Below, piece by piece: positions 1-10,456 of a DNA stretch of 64,000 bases. The number at the start of each line of letters is the position of its first letter. Position 1 is the stretch's first letter. The notes under the pieces are model-generated. The model was not told where the DNA came from. It was given only the letters and a program-made list of their open reading frames with translations, and made no database searches. A program made the translations under genes and the position numbers. Source of the DNA: Rickettsia typhi (GTDB lineage Bacteria; Pseudomonadota; Alphaproteobacteria; Rickettsiales; UBA1997). The stretch covers positions 19,952-83,951 of the forward strand of contig CAMAYG010000005.1 of NCBI GenBank assembly GCA_945862535.1. Reading direction: 5' to 3'.

Positions 1-298
1 CTTGCGGGAGGTCGGGGTAAAAGTAGTTTTTGCGATCGAAATAAGAGGTTAGATTAATTTTGGCATTAATCGCTAAGCCCGTTCTAACGGCTTGTTCGAC
101 ACATTTTTGATTAATAGTTGGCAACATTCCGGGCATTGCCACATCAACAAAAGAAGCAAATTGATTTGGCACACCGCCAAATTGCACCTTAGAACTAGAA
201 AAAAGCTTCGATTCGCTAGCAACTTGAGCATGAATTTCACAGCCAATTACTACTTCGTAGTCGTCTTTTTTGCCAGAAATTAGATAGCGACTTGTCAT
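1..298 (-). CDS. gatB: Asp/Glu-tRNA(Asn/Gln) amidotransferase subunit B, N-terminal fragment (gene continues past window start)
   Basis: Own minus-strand translation from the ATG at 296-298 gives [35 protein letters not shown]...[49 protein letters not shown], the canonical GatB N-terminus. It is missing from the ORF track because the window edge cuts it. The + ORF 92..283 is its antisense shadow. Confidence 0.85.
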   Translation of the reverse strand, partial: MTSRYLISGKKDDYEVVIGCEIHAQVASESKLFSSSKVQFGGVPNQFASFVDVAMPGMLPTINQKCVEQAVRTGLAINAKINLTSYFDRKNYFYPDLPQ

Positions 299-447
299 AA
301 TATTTAAATTTGTAAATAGTGGGTATCATCGATTGATAAAAGGGCTTTAAGCCTTATAATCTAAAAATATAATCTAATAAAGCAAGCACTATCTAAAAAA
401 ATCAAAAGAAGATTAATCAATAAAATAAGCCAACAAAACGGCAATTA

Positions 448-978
448 TTACTCGCCCAAAATTTCGAAAAAATATTGCAAAATTACCGCAGAGGCGATGT
501 CGTCGTAGAATTTATGCTGTTTTTGATATTTTTTTTGACGATGTAAATAGAAATTTTCACGATTAATCCTTCTTGCTTCGAAGCTCGACAAATCTTCACT
601 TATCAAGATTAAATTTGCCGATTTAATTTCTGCCAATATTTGCTGATGCAAGAAATTGCTAAAATCTAAAATGTGATTAGCGATATTTGTTTCGGCAAAA
701 GGCATACCAACCACTACCAAAACGATGTTCTTGGCAATCATAATGTCGATAATTTTGGTGCAATCTTTTAGCAGACTTTCTCTTTTGATAATTGCCGTGG
801 GGGTAATGGCAATATGATGCGGATCGCAGGTTGCCACACCAATTCTTTTTAACCCGATATCCAAAGCGATAATTGGTTGCAATAACGACAAAGATTTAAC
901 TTGTTCCAGCAAATTTTTATCGATTAAAAAGCTATTATTTGCTTGATTATTATCGTTATAAAGTTTTATAATTGTCAA
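448..978 (-). CDS. ruvX: YqgF/RuvX-type Holliday-junction resolvase-like nuclease
   Basis: 176 aa. It has the family start motif IIALDIGLKRIGVATCD and a later VVVGMP motif. Confidence 0.75.
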   Translation of the reverse strand: MTIIKLYNDNNQANNSFLIDKNLLEQVKSLSLLQPIIALDIGLKRIGVATCDPHHIAITPTAIIKRESLLKDCTKIIDIMIAKNIVLVVVGMPFAETNIANHILDFSNFLHQQILAEIKSANLILISEDLSSFEARRINRENFYLHRQKKYQKQHKFYDDIASAVILQYFFEILGE

Positions 979-1028
979 TTGAAAATACCAACCATTGTTA
1001 ATAAATTAAATCTAACTAAGCCTAAAAT

Positions 1029-1310
1029 ATGTCGATTAGCGAAGACCAAATTAAAAAAATTGCCAAATTAGCCAGAATATCTCTCGAGCCAGAAGAAGTT
1101 AAGCCTTTAACCGAGCAAGTCGGAAGCATTATCAACTGGGTCGAACAATTGGCAGAAGTTAATACCAACAACATCGAACCAATAAGCAATATCAACAACC
1201 TAACCCTTCCAACTAGGCAAGATAAAGCCAATTTAAACCAAGAAAATATTTTTAGCAATAGTGGCAAGAAAATATTCGACTATTTTGTTGTCCCAAAGGT
1301 TTTAGAATAA
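1029..1310 (+). CDS. gatC: Asp/Glu-tRNA amidotransferase subunit C
   Basis: 93 aa. MSISEDQIKKIAKLARISLEPEEV...INWVEQLAEVNT is the typical GatC pattern and size. Confidence 0.85.
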   Translation: MSISEDQIKKIAKLARISLEPEEVKPLTEQVGSIINWVEQLAEVNTNNIEPISNINNLTLPTRQDKANLNQENIFSNSGKKIFDYFVVPKVLE

Positions 1311-1662
1311 CATTATTTCGGCAAAAATAATAGTAGCATTGTCATCTTTTTAACTACCGCCTTGGCCGTTTTAATAACATTATTTGCTAAATCGACAGCT
1401 TTGTATTGCGTGTTATTTCCACTACAACACAAAAAAATTTGAAGTTTAAAGCCAAAGATTTGATTGCTTTTTACAAAATAAATCTTTAAAACTTTCTTAC
1501 AAGACATTAATTGTTTGATTTTATGAAGGAAGAAAAAACAAAAGCTGTAAAACCAACAAAAAAGATTTACAAAAAGAAAGTTAAGGTTGAAAGTAAGAAT
1601 ACCTTCAAAAAAACCCTTGATGCCTTTTTAAAAGTTAATATAAATTAAATTAAAAAAGTGAC

Positions 1663-2574
1663 ATGAGCGACAAACAGCTTATTATAGAGCAAGATTTGAT
1701 ATATAATATCATTTTTGATATTCCGAAAGAGGGGAAAATTGAAGTTAATAAATTTGTAGAAGGAATGAAGGAGTGCCTTATGGCGCTTGAAGAAATTAAT
1801 CATGCAATTGTTGGCAGCATAGATAATACAATTCAAGTAGTGTCCTACATTGAAGCATTGGAGGCTGGTTCATTTATTTATAAATTAAAAGATAAAGTTG
1901 TTAATCAAGCCATTGAAATAGCGGTTGCTGGAACTGCGGCAGCGTGTGGTGATTATAGTGCTGCGGTAGGGCTTTTATTAAAAAATTCCAAAGATGCTTT
2001 TGTTAGTATTAACAATGAAAGAATTGAAAACAAGGAAAAAGAAAAAAAGATATACAACGCAATTAAAGAAGAATTAAACAATAGCGGGATAAATAACGAA
2101 TTAAAAGGATATTTGCTTGATGAAAAAAAACTGATTAAGGCGGTAAAACTCTTTGCAAGAGGAGTTAAAAAAACAGATGGTAATGTATTTTGGCAAAAAG
2201 ATGATAATGCAAAAAAATTACAGATTGATTCAGCCATTGGCAATGATATTTACAATGATAACGAAAACAACACAAATGAAATTGAGGAAATATTTCCATC
2301 ACAAACAATAAACGCACACATTAAAGTTTATAAAGCTTGCTTTGAAAAAACCGATAAATGGCAATTTATATTAAATGGAAAAACGGAAACAATAGATATT
2401 TCTGCATGCGATGTTGTATCATATATGAAAAATAAATGCATAAACGGCGATACCTTTTATGCAAAATTGGAATTTGTTGAGCGTAAAACAAAGACAGGTT
2501 ACACGAATGATTACAAAGTGATTGAAGTGCTTACATTTACACGAGCAAGCGAGCAAGAAGATTTAGATTTATAA
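1663..2574 (+). CDS. hypothetical protein, 303 aa, no recognisable domain
   Basis: Long clean ORF between conserved gatC and nfu. It has a helical N-terminus with a Gly/Ala-rich hydrophobic stretch (AIEIAVAGTAAACGDYSAAVGLLL), a charged middle and a beta-rich C-terminus (KWQFILNGKTETIDISACD...FYAKLEFVERK). I recognise no family. Confidence 0.6.
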   Translation: MSDKQLIIEQDLIYNIIFDIPKEGKIEVNKFVEGMKECLMALEEINHAIVGSIDNTIQVVSYIEALEAGSFIYKLKDKVVNQAIEIAVAGTAAACGDYSAAVGLLLKNSKDAFVSINNERIENKEKEKKIYNAIKEELNNSGINNELKGYLLDEKKLIKAVKLFARGVKKTDGNVFWQKDDNAKKLQIDSAIGNDIYNDNENNTNEIEEIFPSQTINAHIKVYKACFEKTDKWQFILNGKTETIDISACDVVSYMKNKCINGDTFYAKLEFVERKTKTGYTNDYKVIEVLTFTRASEQEDLDL

Positions 2575-2803
2575 AATATAGGTCAATATTATATAAATAT
2601 AGTTTATTATTGCAAAAATTATGCAAAATGCAATAATGTTTTTGCTTTTAATTATTTTGTTAAATATTGCATCGATAATGGTCTCGGCCTTGCTTTCGAC
2701 TTTAGGGTTTTCGACTTCAGGCATTTTCAGCAGTTTCTAGCATTTGGCCTTTGATTATTTGGCTTTTGATTGGCACAATGTTGTAAATACTAGTTGCAAA
2801 ATA

Positions 2804-3427
2804 CTAATAATCTGCCTCAACTTGCTCTACCGCCACAACTTCTGGCACATAATGCTTTAGCATTTGCTCGATACCGCTTTTTAGGGTAATGGTAGAGCTA
2901 GGACAGCCCGAGCAAGAGCCTTTTAAGGTAACTCTAACTATGCCGTCGACAAAGCTATGAAATATTATATCGCCACCGTCCATTGCCACAGCAGGCCTAA
3001 CCTTAATTTCTATCAACTCTTTTATTTGCTTAACAATTTCATTGTCTTCTTCGATGTCGTCGGTGCCTTCTTTTGCTGGCTCTAGCTCTGACTTTTCAAA
3101 GAAAAATGGCTCGCCACTAATAATAAAATCGATAATAACGGCGATTATTTCGAGTTTTAAATTTTGCCATTCCAAATTGGCATTTCTGGTAATGGTTACA
3201 AAGTCTCGGGCAATGAAAACAGAATCGACCCCTTTGATTTGAAATATCTGCATTGCTAAAGGCGAAACCTTTGAAGCCTGATTAACATTGTTAAATTGAT
3301 GATTTTCTTTGCTCTGGCTATCGAAAAAACCGCTAAAACTTCTGTTGTCATTGCCAAATTTAGCATTAGCAACCGGAATAAATTTAAGGGTTAACGGATT
3401 AGGAGTTTCTTCGGTAGTAATAAACAT
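2804..3427 (-). CDS. NifU/Nfu-type Fe-S cluster scaffold protein (Nfu_N + NifU C-terminal domain)
   Basis: The N-terminus MFITTEETPNPLTLKFIP matches the Nfu N-domain. The C-terminus has VRPAVAMDGGDI...LKGSCSGCPSSTITLKSGIE, a CxxC NifU motif. Confidence 0.85.
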   Translation of the reverse strand: MFITTEETPNPLTLKFIPVANAKFGNDNRSFSGFFDSQSKENHQFNNVNQASKVSPLAMQIFQIKGVDSVFIARDFVTITRNANLEWQNLKLEIIAVIIDFIISGEPFFFEKSELEPAKEGTDDIEEDNEIVKQIKELIEIKVRPAVAMDGGDIIFHSFVDGIVRVTLKGSCSGCPSSTITLKSGIEQMLKHYVPEVVAVEQVEADY

Positions 3428-3670
3428 GATTTAGCAAAATTATTGAAAGGGAAATATTAGCAAAATATTAATAGCCAATTAGCTAAAGTCAAGAGTTGAA
3501 ACCTTAGGAAAATATTAAAAATATCGCAGTTAATTTTCAATTACTTGTTGCAAATAAATTTTCTATTAATAAAATGCCTCGTTATTGAAACTAAATACAT
3601 TGCCTTATAATTATAACATTTCTATGTCTGAACGAATTATAACATCTTACCAAAATAACTAAGACCAATT

Positions 3671-4285
3671 ATGACCAAAATCTTTGAAGCAATTATTATT
3701 CTAATCCTCCTAATTTCATCGTTTTTCTTTGGGGTAAGCAATGCCGATTCCGTTAAGCAAAATCTTAGCTGGGTTTTCCAGTCTAAAGAGCAAGAATTAG
3801 AAGTTCCGGAAAATATCCACAAACAAGCAGAAACAAATAGCGAACAAAATAAAAACTCTCCCACTTCTGCCGAACAAAATAGCAATAATTCAACCAATAG
3901 CAATGCTGTCAGCCCTAATAATGCTAGCCCTAATAATGCTAGTGCTGGCAACTTAAATCAAAAAGATGTTAGCAATAGCGGTCCCGCAGAAAACAAACCC
4001 GCAACTTCACAGCCAAGCACCGACGGCAAAATCAGCAACAAAAACTTGCCAGAGAATAAGCCAGAGAATAAGCCTGAAAACAAAATCAACACCGAATTGC
4101 CTCAAAAACCTCTACAAAAAGAAGGCGAAGCCCCTGTTAAAGCTAAAACAAGTGGCAATGTTCAAAACAAAACATATTATAAAGCCGTTAAAAGCAACTC
4201 AGAAAAATCAACAGCAGAAACAAATAATCTAAATCAAGAAAATCAAAACTCGGCAAAAGAGCTCGACAACACCGCAGAAGAATAA
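3671..4285 (+). CDS. secreted low-complexity protein (signal peptide, N/S/P/K-rich, ENKP repeats)
   Basis: The hydrophobic N-terminus is IIILILLISSFFFGVSNA, followed by a disordered region with NASPNNASPNNASA and PENKPENKPENK repeats. Coding status rests on ORF length and the signal peptide only. Confidence 0.5.
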   Translation: MTKIFEAIIILILLISSFFFGVSNADSVKQNLSWVFQSKEQELEVPENIHKQAETNSEQNKNSPTSAEQNSNNSTNSNAVSPNNASPNNASAGNLNQKDVSNSGPAENKPATSQPSTDGKISNKNLPENKPENKPENKINTELPQKPLQKEGEAPVKAKTSGNVQNKTYYKAVKSNSEKSTAETNNLNQENQNSAKELDNTAEE

Positions 4286-4350
4286 AATATTCAAATAATC
4301 ATTCAACAAAACACCAAATTCACCCAATAAACCAACTTCAACCCAAACAA

Positions 4351-5184
4351 ATGCACAAACACCTGTGTCTTGTTGCCTACAAACACCATTGTAGCTTCAA
4401 ATATATCATATTGTTCTTAATGGCAATATATCTTAATATTGCCTGTTGTAGCAATGCCTATTCTGCAACCGCCGATTCTCGCACCGATCGCTCTAAAGTT
4501 GCAACATCGAAGGCAAAAAAAGCCTCAAAAAACAAAAAGATTTATCGTAGCCTTACCGTTGCTGGCTCTTATAATTCAGACTATAATTCTAAAAATTACC
4601 GATTGCTATTAAGGGGCTATTATCAAGACTTCGGCAAGATTTTCCAACTTGATTTTTCTCATTATAGCAACTGGCAAGATACAGGAACGGGCAAAAAGAA
4701 GGTTTTTCTTGCCAAAACATCCGAATTATACGACCTACAACTAATAAGCAAATTAAGAATTGGCAATAGTAAATATTACTTAGCGGGCTACGAAAGAGTT
4801 AATTATGACGATCTCTCAAATTATTATTACGATCATCGTCAGGCATTAGGAATGGGGATTTTCCTAGACAAAGACCAAATCGAGCTAGATCTGAGCTTTG
4901 GTAGATATCAAATAAAAGACACCACAACCGCCGATTTCATTGTGCCATCGCTAAGAATGAACTACAAAATTAGCAAAAAAATAAGGGTAAGCACCAGAAA
5001 TTATCTATTTCTAAATAACAACAGCTTCGATTTTCAGAATCGCAGTTCGGTAAAATATTATCTTACCAAAAATTTTGCCCTAGAGTTAATTTACAATTTC
5101 GACAAAGTTAGTAGTGGTTTAGGGCAAAATAAAACCAATAGAGTAGAAAGATTTGTGCAATTTGGCACAAATGTTAATTTCTAG
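4351..5184 (+). CDS. putative outer-membrane beta-barrel protein
   Basis: The signal-like N-terminus ends in NAYSA. The body is Y/G/N/D-rich with alternating pattern, and the C-terminus ends in an aromatic residue (...GTNVNF). It may belong to the DUF481-like family, unverified. Confidence 0.5.
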   Translation: MHKHLCLVAYKHHCSFKYIILFLMAIYLNIACCSNAYSATADSRTDRSKVATSKAKKASKNKKIYRSLTVAGSYNSDYNSKNYRLLLRGYYQDFGKIFQLDFSHYSNWQDTGTGKKKVFLAKTSELYDLQLISKLRIGNSKYYLAGYERVNYDDLSNYYYDHRQALGMGIFLDKDQIELDLSFGRYQIKDTTTADFIVPSLRMNYKISKKIRVSTRNYLFLNNNSFDFQNRSSVKYYLTKNFALELIYNFDKVSSGLGQNKTNRVERFVQFGTNVNF

Positions 5185-5248
5185 TGTTAATTTAGCTTTA
5201 ATTTCATTTTCTAAATTTTGCCAAAAATCAGTAATTATGGGGCAGTAA

Positions 5249-6658
5249 TTATGCCAAACGAATATCGGATAAACAGCCGTTAATCGCTGCCAAAGCCGCC
5301 ATTGCAGGGCTCATCAAATGAGTCCTCCCGCCACGACCCTGACGGCCCTCAAAGTTACGGTTAGAAGTCGAGGCACATCTTTCGCCGTCTTCTAATTTAT
5401 CGGCATTCATTGCTAAACACATCGAGCAACCCGGTGCCCGCCACTCAAAACCAGCATTTTCAAATATTTTATCGAGACCTTCTAATTCTGCCTGCTCTTT
5501 TACTAGGCCAGAACCCGGAACTATCATTGCTAACTTAACATTATTGGCAACTTTTTTGCCCTCGATAACTTTTGCAACAGCTCGTAAATCTTCTATTCTG
5601 CCGTTGGTGCAAGACCCAATAAAGACTTTATCGATTTTAATTGCCGTTAATAACTCGCCCCCATTAAGCCCCATATATTCTAAAGATCTTGCTACTGCCT
5701 TTTGTTTTGAGGGGTCTGTGAAATCTTGCGGGGTAGGAACTTTTGCGGTAATTGGCAAGACATCTTCTGGGCTAGTTCCCCAAGTCACTTGCGGGGCAAT
5801 AGTTTGAGCATTAATTTCTACTACCGAATCGTAGCAAGCATCGGCATCGGACTTTAAGGTTTTCCAATAAGAAACCGCTTTGTCGAAGCTTTCTCCTTGC
5901 GGTGCCATTGGCCTTCCTTGCAAATAAGCGAAGGTTTTTTCGTCTGGAGCAATAAGCCCAGCACGAGCCCCCGCTTCAATCGACATATTGCAAACCGTCA
6001 TTCTTCCTTCGATAGATAATGCCGAAATAGCATCGCCAGCATATTCAATTACAAAACCCGTGGCACCAGCAGTGCCGATTTTGCCAATAATTGCCAAAAC
6101 AATGTCTTTGGCGGTAATTCCTTCATTTATTTTGCCATCGATTTTAATAAGCATATTTTTTGACTTCTGTGGAATTGCCAAAGTTTGAGTTGCCAAAACA
6201 TGCTCTACTTCGGAAGTGCCAATGCCAAATGCCAAGGCTCCAAATGCTCCATGGGTAGAAGTATGGCTATCGCCACAAACAATAGTCATTCCCGGTTGGG
6301 TAAAACCCTGCTCTGGGCCAACAATATGCACAACACCTTGTTTTTTGCTGTCGAGATCGAAATATTTGATATTAAATTCTTTGCAATTTGTTTCTAAGGT
6401 TTCTACTTGCAAACGAGATATTGCATCGCTAATTCCTTTGGTGCCAAAGCCACGATCGGCAATAGTTGTAGGAACGTTATGATCGGCAACAGCAAGATGA
6501 GCTTCTGGTCTTTTAACTTTTCTGTTGTTAATTCGCATATTTTCAAATGCTTGAGGCGAGGTAACTTCGTGAATTAATTGGCGATCGATATAGATAAGAC
6601 CTTCTTCAACAAGGTGACTGTACCAGATTTTATCGTAAAGGGTTTGTGGGTTTTTCAT
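5249..6658 (-). CDS. leuC: 3-isopropylmalate dehydratase large subunit (aconitase-family)
   Basis: 469 aa. Motifs include [11 protein letters not shown]...[43 protein letters not shown] and [12 protein letters not shown]. Confidence 0.9.
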   Translation of the reverse strand: MKNPQTLYDKIWYSHLVEEGLIYIDRQLIHEVTSPQAFENMRINNRKVKRPEAHLAVADHNVPTTIADRGFGTKGISDAISRLQVETLETNCKEFNIKYFDLDSKKQGVVHIVGPEQGFTQPGMTIVCGDSHTSTHGAFGALAFGIGTSEVEHVLATQTLAIPQKSKNMLIKIDGKINEGITAKDIVLAIIGKIGTAGATGFVIEYAGDAISALSIEGRMTVCNMSIEAGARAGLIAPDEKTFAYLQGRPMAPQGESFDKAVSYWKTLKSDADACYDSVVEINAQTIAPQVTWGTSPEDVLPITAKVPTPQDFTDPSKQKAVARSLEYMGLNGGELLTAIKIDKVFIGSCTNGRIEDLRAVAKVIEGKKVANNVKLAMIVPGSGLVKEQAELEGLDKIFENAGFEWRAPGCSMCLAMNADKLEDGERCASTSNRNFEGRQGRGGRTHLMSPAMAALAAINGCLSDIRLA

Positions 6659-6792
6659 ATTATATTAATAGCTTCTATTGTTAGAATTACAGATTTATAA
6701 AATCGATTTTAAATGATAATTTGCACCAAAATGGCAAGAAATTAACAATAAATGTTGGCATAGACTATATAAGCTAAAATATATTTTTCAAA

Positions 6793-8919
6793 CTATTTTA
6801 GATGTAAAGTTTTAATTTTTCTTACCAATTGATAGAGCGCAAAAATAACACCCGTAATTATCGTTATTGCCAAACCAAGCCAGATAAGAATAATCAACGG
6901 TTGGTAATGGAAATTAACCGCATAAAATTGGTCTTTATCTGCTTCGCCAATTACCACATAAAAATTTATCAATCCAATCAGTTTTATCGAGGCTTCGTTG
7001 GTTGCCTGTTTTGCCAATGGAAAATATCGTAATTCTGGCTTTAAATTGGCAATAGCTTTTTCGCGATAAAACAAGTCAAAATCGGCAACTCTAGCAATAA
7101 AATTTGTTGATTGGTAATATTCTACAGCTTTAAAATTTAAACGATAATTTGGCGAAATTTTTAAAGACTGACCAACCTGCAAATTTGCCTGAAAATCTTT
7201 GCTAAATAAGCCATTGCCAATAATTCCGCACAACATAATTGCAAAACCAAAATGAGCAAAGTTAACATTGCTTTTTAACAGCGACTTCCCCAAATTATTA
7301 CAAAGCTTGGTAAATTTAATCTTCGAACCTTCTGGCGGGCTAATCCTGTTATAAATTCGCCCACAAGAGACAATAACAGCAAGAATAGCTAATAAGAGCA
7401 AAAATATCGCCAAAACACTCTCAACGGTAACAAAATTAAAAAAGTCGAAATTTTCCAGATAACAGGCAAAAACAACTAACACAGCAACGGCAACAAGCAT
7501 TCTTAACAACAAAAATTTGCCAATTTTTTCAATTCGCGACAAATAAGACATTATTAAAAAAGAAACAAAAGGCAAAAGCAGCACCAGAAAAATTAAATTG
7601 TAATAAGATGCCCCAATTGTTATTGATTGGGCAAAAATTGCCTGCGACAACAGCGGATATATCGTGCCAACAAAGACGGTAAAAAGTGCCACAATCAACA
7701 AATAATTGTTAAATATCATTTGCCAAATTCTTTGCCTCCAGCTAAAAGCGGTCGACGAAAGCCCATTTTGCACATTCCTAGACTGAAAAGCAGTAATTCT
7801 TGTTGCGAAGATAATTGTAGCCGTGGTGCCAATTACCGCCAACATCAGCAATATTGCATTGCCCCTATGGCGATCGACTGCAAAGCTATGCACAGAACTC
7901 AACAAGCCAGAACGAGTAAGAAAAATACCAATTAAGGAAAAAATAAAAGTGATAATAGATAAAAATAACGACCAAACCAGCATTTGATTCTTTTCAGTCA
8001 TTTTAAAACTGTGCAATAAAGCAATTGCCAAAAGCCAAGGCATAAGCGAAATATTTTCTACAGGGTCCCAGAACCAATAACCGCCCCAACCAAGCTCACG
8101 ATATGCCCACCAACCACCAAGAGCAATGCCACAACTCAAAAGAGAAAAGCTAAGCAAAAGCCATAAACGGAGCATTTTTAATTGCCAAAAGCTACATTTT
8201 CCAATAATTAAAATGGCTATTGCCCCAGCAAAAATATTGACAAAACCAAGATAGCCACTATAAAGCATTGGCGGATGCATTGCCAAACCCACATCTTGCA
8301 AAATAGGGTTTAGGCCCATTCCTTCTAAATTAACCAAAGCAAGATGCTTTAAATTGCCAATTGCAAGTAAATTAACCGCAAAAGGATTCGAGCTAGATAA
8401 GGTAAAAAGTAAGAAAAGGGCTATAATTACAAATTCTGTTAAATTTACTAATAGCCAAAATCTTCTACTAAAAGATTTTCTGCCTAAATAGAAAAATATT
8501 AGATGCATTGCAATAATTATCGTAATTAGAAGCAACATCGAGCCCTCGTGATTACCCCAACTAGCAGTAATTTTATAAAATAAGGGTTTTAAATGATGAG
8601 AGTTTTGATAGACATTTAGCAATCGATAATCCGAGCGAATATAACCAATAATCAAGATAATCTGACTAGATAACGAGGCAATAAAGAGGCAAATTAGCAG
8701 TAAAAAATTAGAATCGACAGCTTTTTTTTGTAGTAGTAAAATTTTTCGCAAGAAAGCATAAGGCAAAAAATTGTTAATATTTTTTTGCTTGATAAGATAT
8801 TTTTTTGATATTTGTAAGATAAAAATATTATAAAAAAAACCAAAAATAACAATAGCGGTAGCAAGAGCAAGAACGATTGTCCCGCCAAGAATTACTGCAC
8901 CAACTTCGAGATTTATCAT
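6793..8919 (-). CDS. ccmF: cytochrome c-type biogenesis protein CcmF (haem lyase subunit)
   Basis: 708 aa and polytopic. It carries the WWD-type motif WAYRELGWGGYWFWDPVENISLMPWL. Confidence 0.85.
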   Translation of the reverse strand: MINLEVGAVILGGTIVLALATAIVIFGFFYNIFILQISKKYLIKQKNINNFLPYAFLRKILLLQKKAVDSNFLLLICLFIASLSSQIILIIGYIRSDYRLLNVYQNSHHLKPLFYKITASWGNHEGSMLLLITIIIAMHLIFFYLGRKSFSRRFWLLVNLTEFVIIALFLLFTLSSSNPFAVNLLAIGNLKHLALVNLEGMGLNPILQDVGLAMHPPMLYSGYLGFVNIFAGAIAILIIGKCSFWQLKMLRLWLLLSFSLLSCGIALGGWWAYRELGWGGYWFWDPVENISLMPWLLAIALLHSFKMTEKNQMLVWSLFLSIITFIFSLIGIFLTRSGLLSSVHSFAVDRHRGNAILLMLAVIGTTATIIFATRITAFQSRNVQNGLSSTAFSWRQRIWQMIFNNYLLIVALFTVFVGTIYPLLSQAIFAQSITIGASYYNLIFLVLLLPFVSFLIMSYLSRIEKIGKFLLLRMLVAVAVLVVFACYLENFDFFNFVTVESVLAIFLLLLAILAVIVSCGRIYNRISPPEGSKIKFTKLCNNLGKSLLKSNVNFAHFGFAIMLCGIIGNGLFSKDFQANLQVGQSLKISPNYRLNFKAVEYYQSTNFIARVADFDLFYREKAIANLKPELRYFPLAKQATNEASIKLIGLINFYVVIGEADKDQFYAVNFHYQPLIILIWLGLAITIITGVIFALYQLVRKIKTLHLK

Positions 8920-9401
8920 ATAATGTTTAATGAGCTTAAAATGCTGAAATATAAGGTTGAAGGCTTTTTAAGAGGCAATCACACCCTAACTACAACCCCC
9001 TAACTACAACCCCCATAGGAATATAATTATACAGCAACTAGCCAGACTTAGAGACCCCTAAACAGCAATCTGCACAGAATTATGAGCGACCAACAAACTG
9101 TTTAGTAATGAAATTTGAGTTTGTTGTAGTATTTTATTCAATAGTTAAAACTATTAACTGAAAGTTAACTTAAAACTAACTAGAATAATTTGTCAATATT
9201 ATTAACTATAATTTTATAGATTCTCTTTAATGGCCCTGTCGCAAAATCGCTCCAATCTCACAAATAAATCTTAAGAAATATGCAAGAATTCCTTGTTAAT
9301 TAACCCAGTTTATTTAAAAGAATAATCAGTTGAAGCCTTGTTTTATATAATTCTAACAAGGTTTCGTAAAAAAGTTATTTTAACAAATTTGGTTAGGAGT
9401 A

Positions 9402-9533
9402 ATGCAAATAGAAATAGTCAATCTTAATGATTTGACAAGAAAAGATTATCCTTACCGCAAAATGCTTTCAATCATCGATTTTGCTGGGCTTATAAAAAAA
9501 TTTGGCAAAAACATCGGCAAAAAACATCAATAA
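9402..9533 (+). pseudogene. remnant of an IS5-family (DUF772-type N-terminus) transposase
   Basis: This is a 43-codon ORF I translated: MQIEIVNLNDLTRKDYPYRKMLSIIDFAGLIKKFGKNIGKKHQ*. It resembles the conserved ..L.DLVP.DHPYRK...IDF.. N-terminus of IS5/DUF772 transposases. No catalytic domain follows. Confidence 0.4.
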
Positions 9534-10250
9534 TAGCAAAGGAATAAAAATCGCCGACGAACAAAGTTCGCTTTGGATGCAATGTATTTAGAAATCTATG
9601 GATCTTCGCAAAGTTCGTGGGCGAAGGTTAGGGTTGCAGGAAGTGTAGTCGGAAATATCGACCACCTCTCTTCATTCGGCAACTTTCTATCGGCAACAGA
9701 CTGTTTCAGCCCCCAGTAATTATATCGGCAACAGACTGTTTCAACCCCTTGCCTCGTCTAGCGGAAGGACGAAATGAGATCGGCAACAAAAAAGGCAGTA
9801 AAAATGAGTGCAACGAAACCTGAAATAAGCAGTCCGACTATGTTTCACCACAAGTGGCCACCCCTTGTTGCCGAAAACTTCCCACACCGTCATCTTTTCG
9901 CGCGGGAGGTAACGATTTGTGAAGTAGATATCGTGGAATTGCCAAAAGTTAGTTCCAAGTCTTTATGGAAAGTTTGGCCTTTAATTTTAGGCTTTTAATT
10001 TTAAAAGACTAATAAAACTTGCAGATCAAAAGCTGATTACAGATCAAAAACCAAGCTTTGCAACATCAAGATAGGGATTTTTGCACCAAATACAAAAAAT
10101 CATCAAATAAAGCCAAAATAAAGTCTTATAAGACAATAAAATTCTAAAAATTATTAAAAATCTTGATAATTTAAATTTTAAATTCTGATTTTATTTAGCA
10201 ATTGGACTTTCTTTGATAAAAAATCTGGGATTTAAATTTGCGACAGCCTC

Positions 10251-10454
10251 TTAGTGAGTTTGAAAAACCGCCACCAAAGTTAGCCAAATGCCAATATTAG
10301 CAAGGATTAACAGTTTAATTATCATTAAAATAGAAGGACTTTCCTTCATTTTATCGTTAAACTGATCTTTAAAGTTTTTTACAAACTTTTTAGAATGTAT
10401 CTTATTGTTATAGATTTTTTCTAGATGTTTTTCTGTTTGTTTTTTGTCTTGCAT
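10251..10454 (-). CDS. small membrane protein (charged N-terminus, one C-terminal TM helix)
   Basis: The ORF track gives 10251..10484. The internal ATG at 10454 lies 2 nt after the XRE gene stop (MQDKKQTEKHLEK...), which suggests translational coupling. The C-terminal TM helix is SILMIIKLLILANIGIWLTLVAVF. Confidence 0.4.
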   Translation of the reverse strand: MQDKKQTEKHLEKIYNNKIHSKKFVKNFKDQFNDKMKESPSILMIIKLLILANIGIWLTLVAVFQTH

Positions 10455-10456
10455 AT

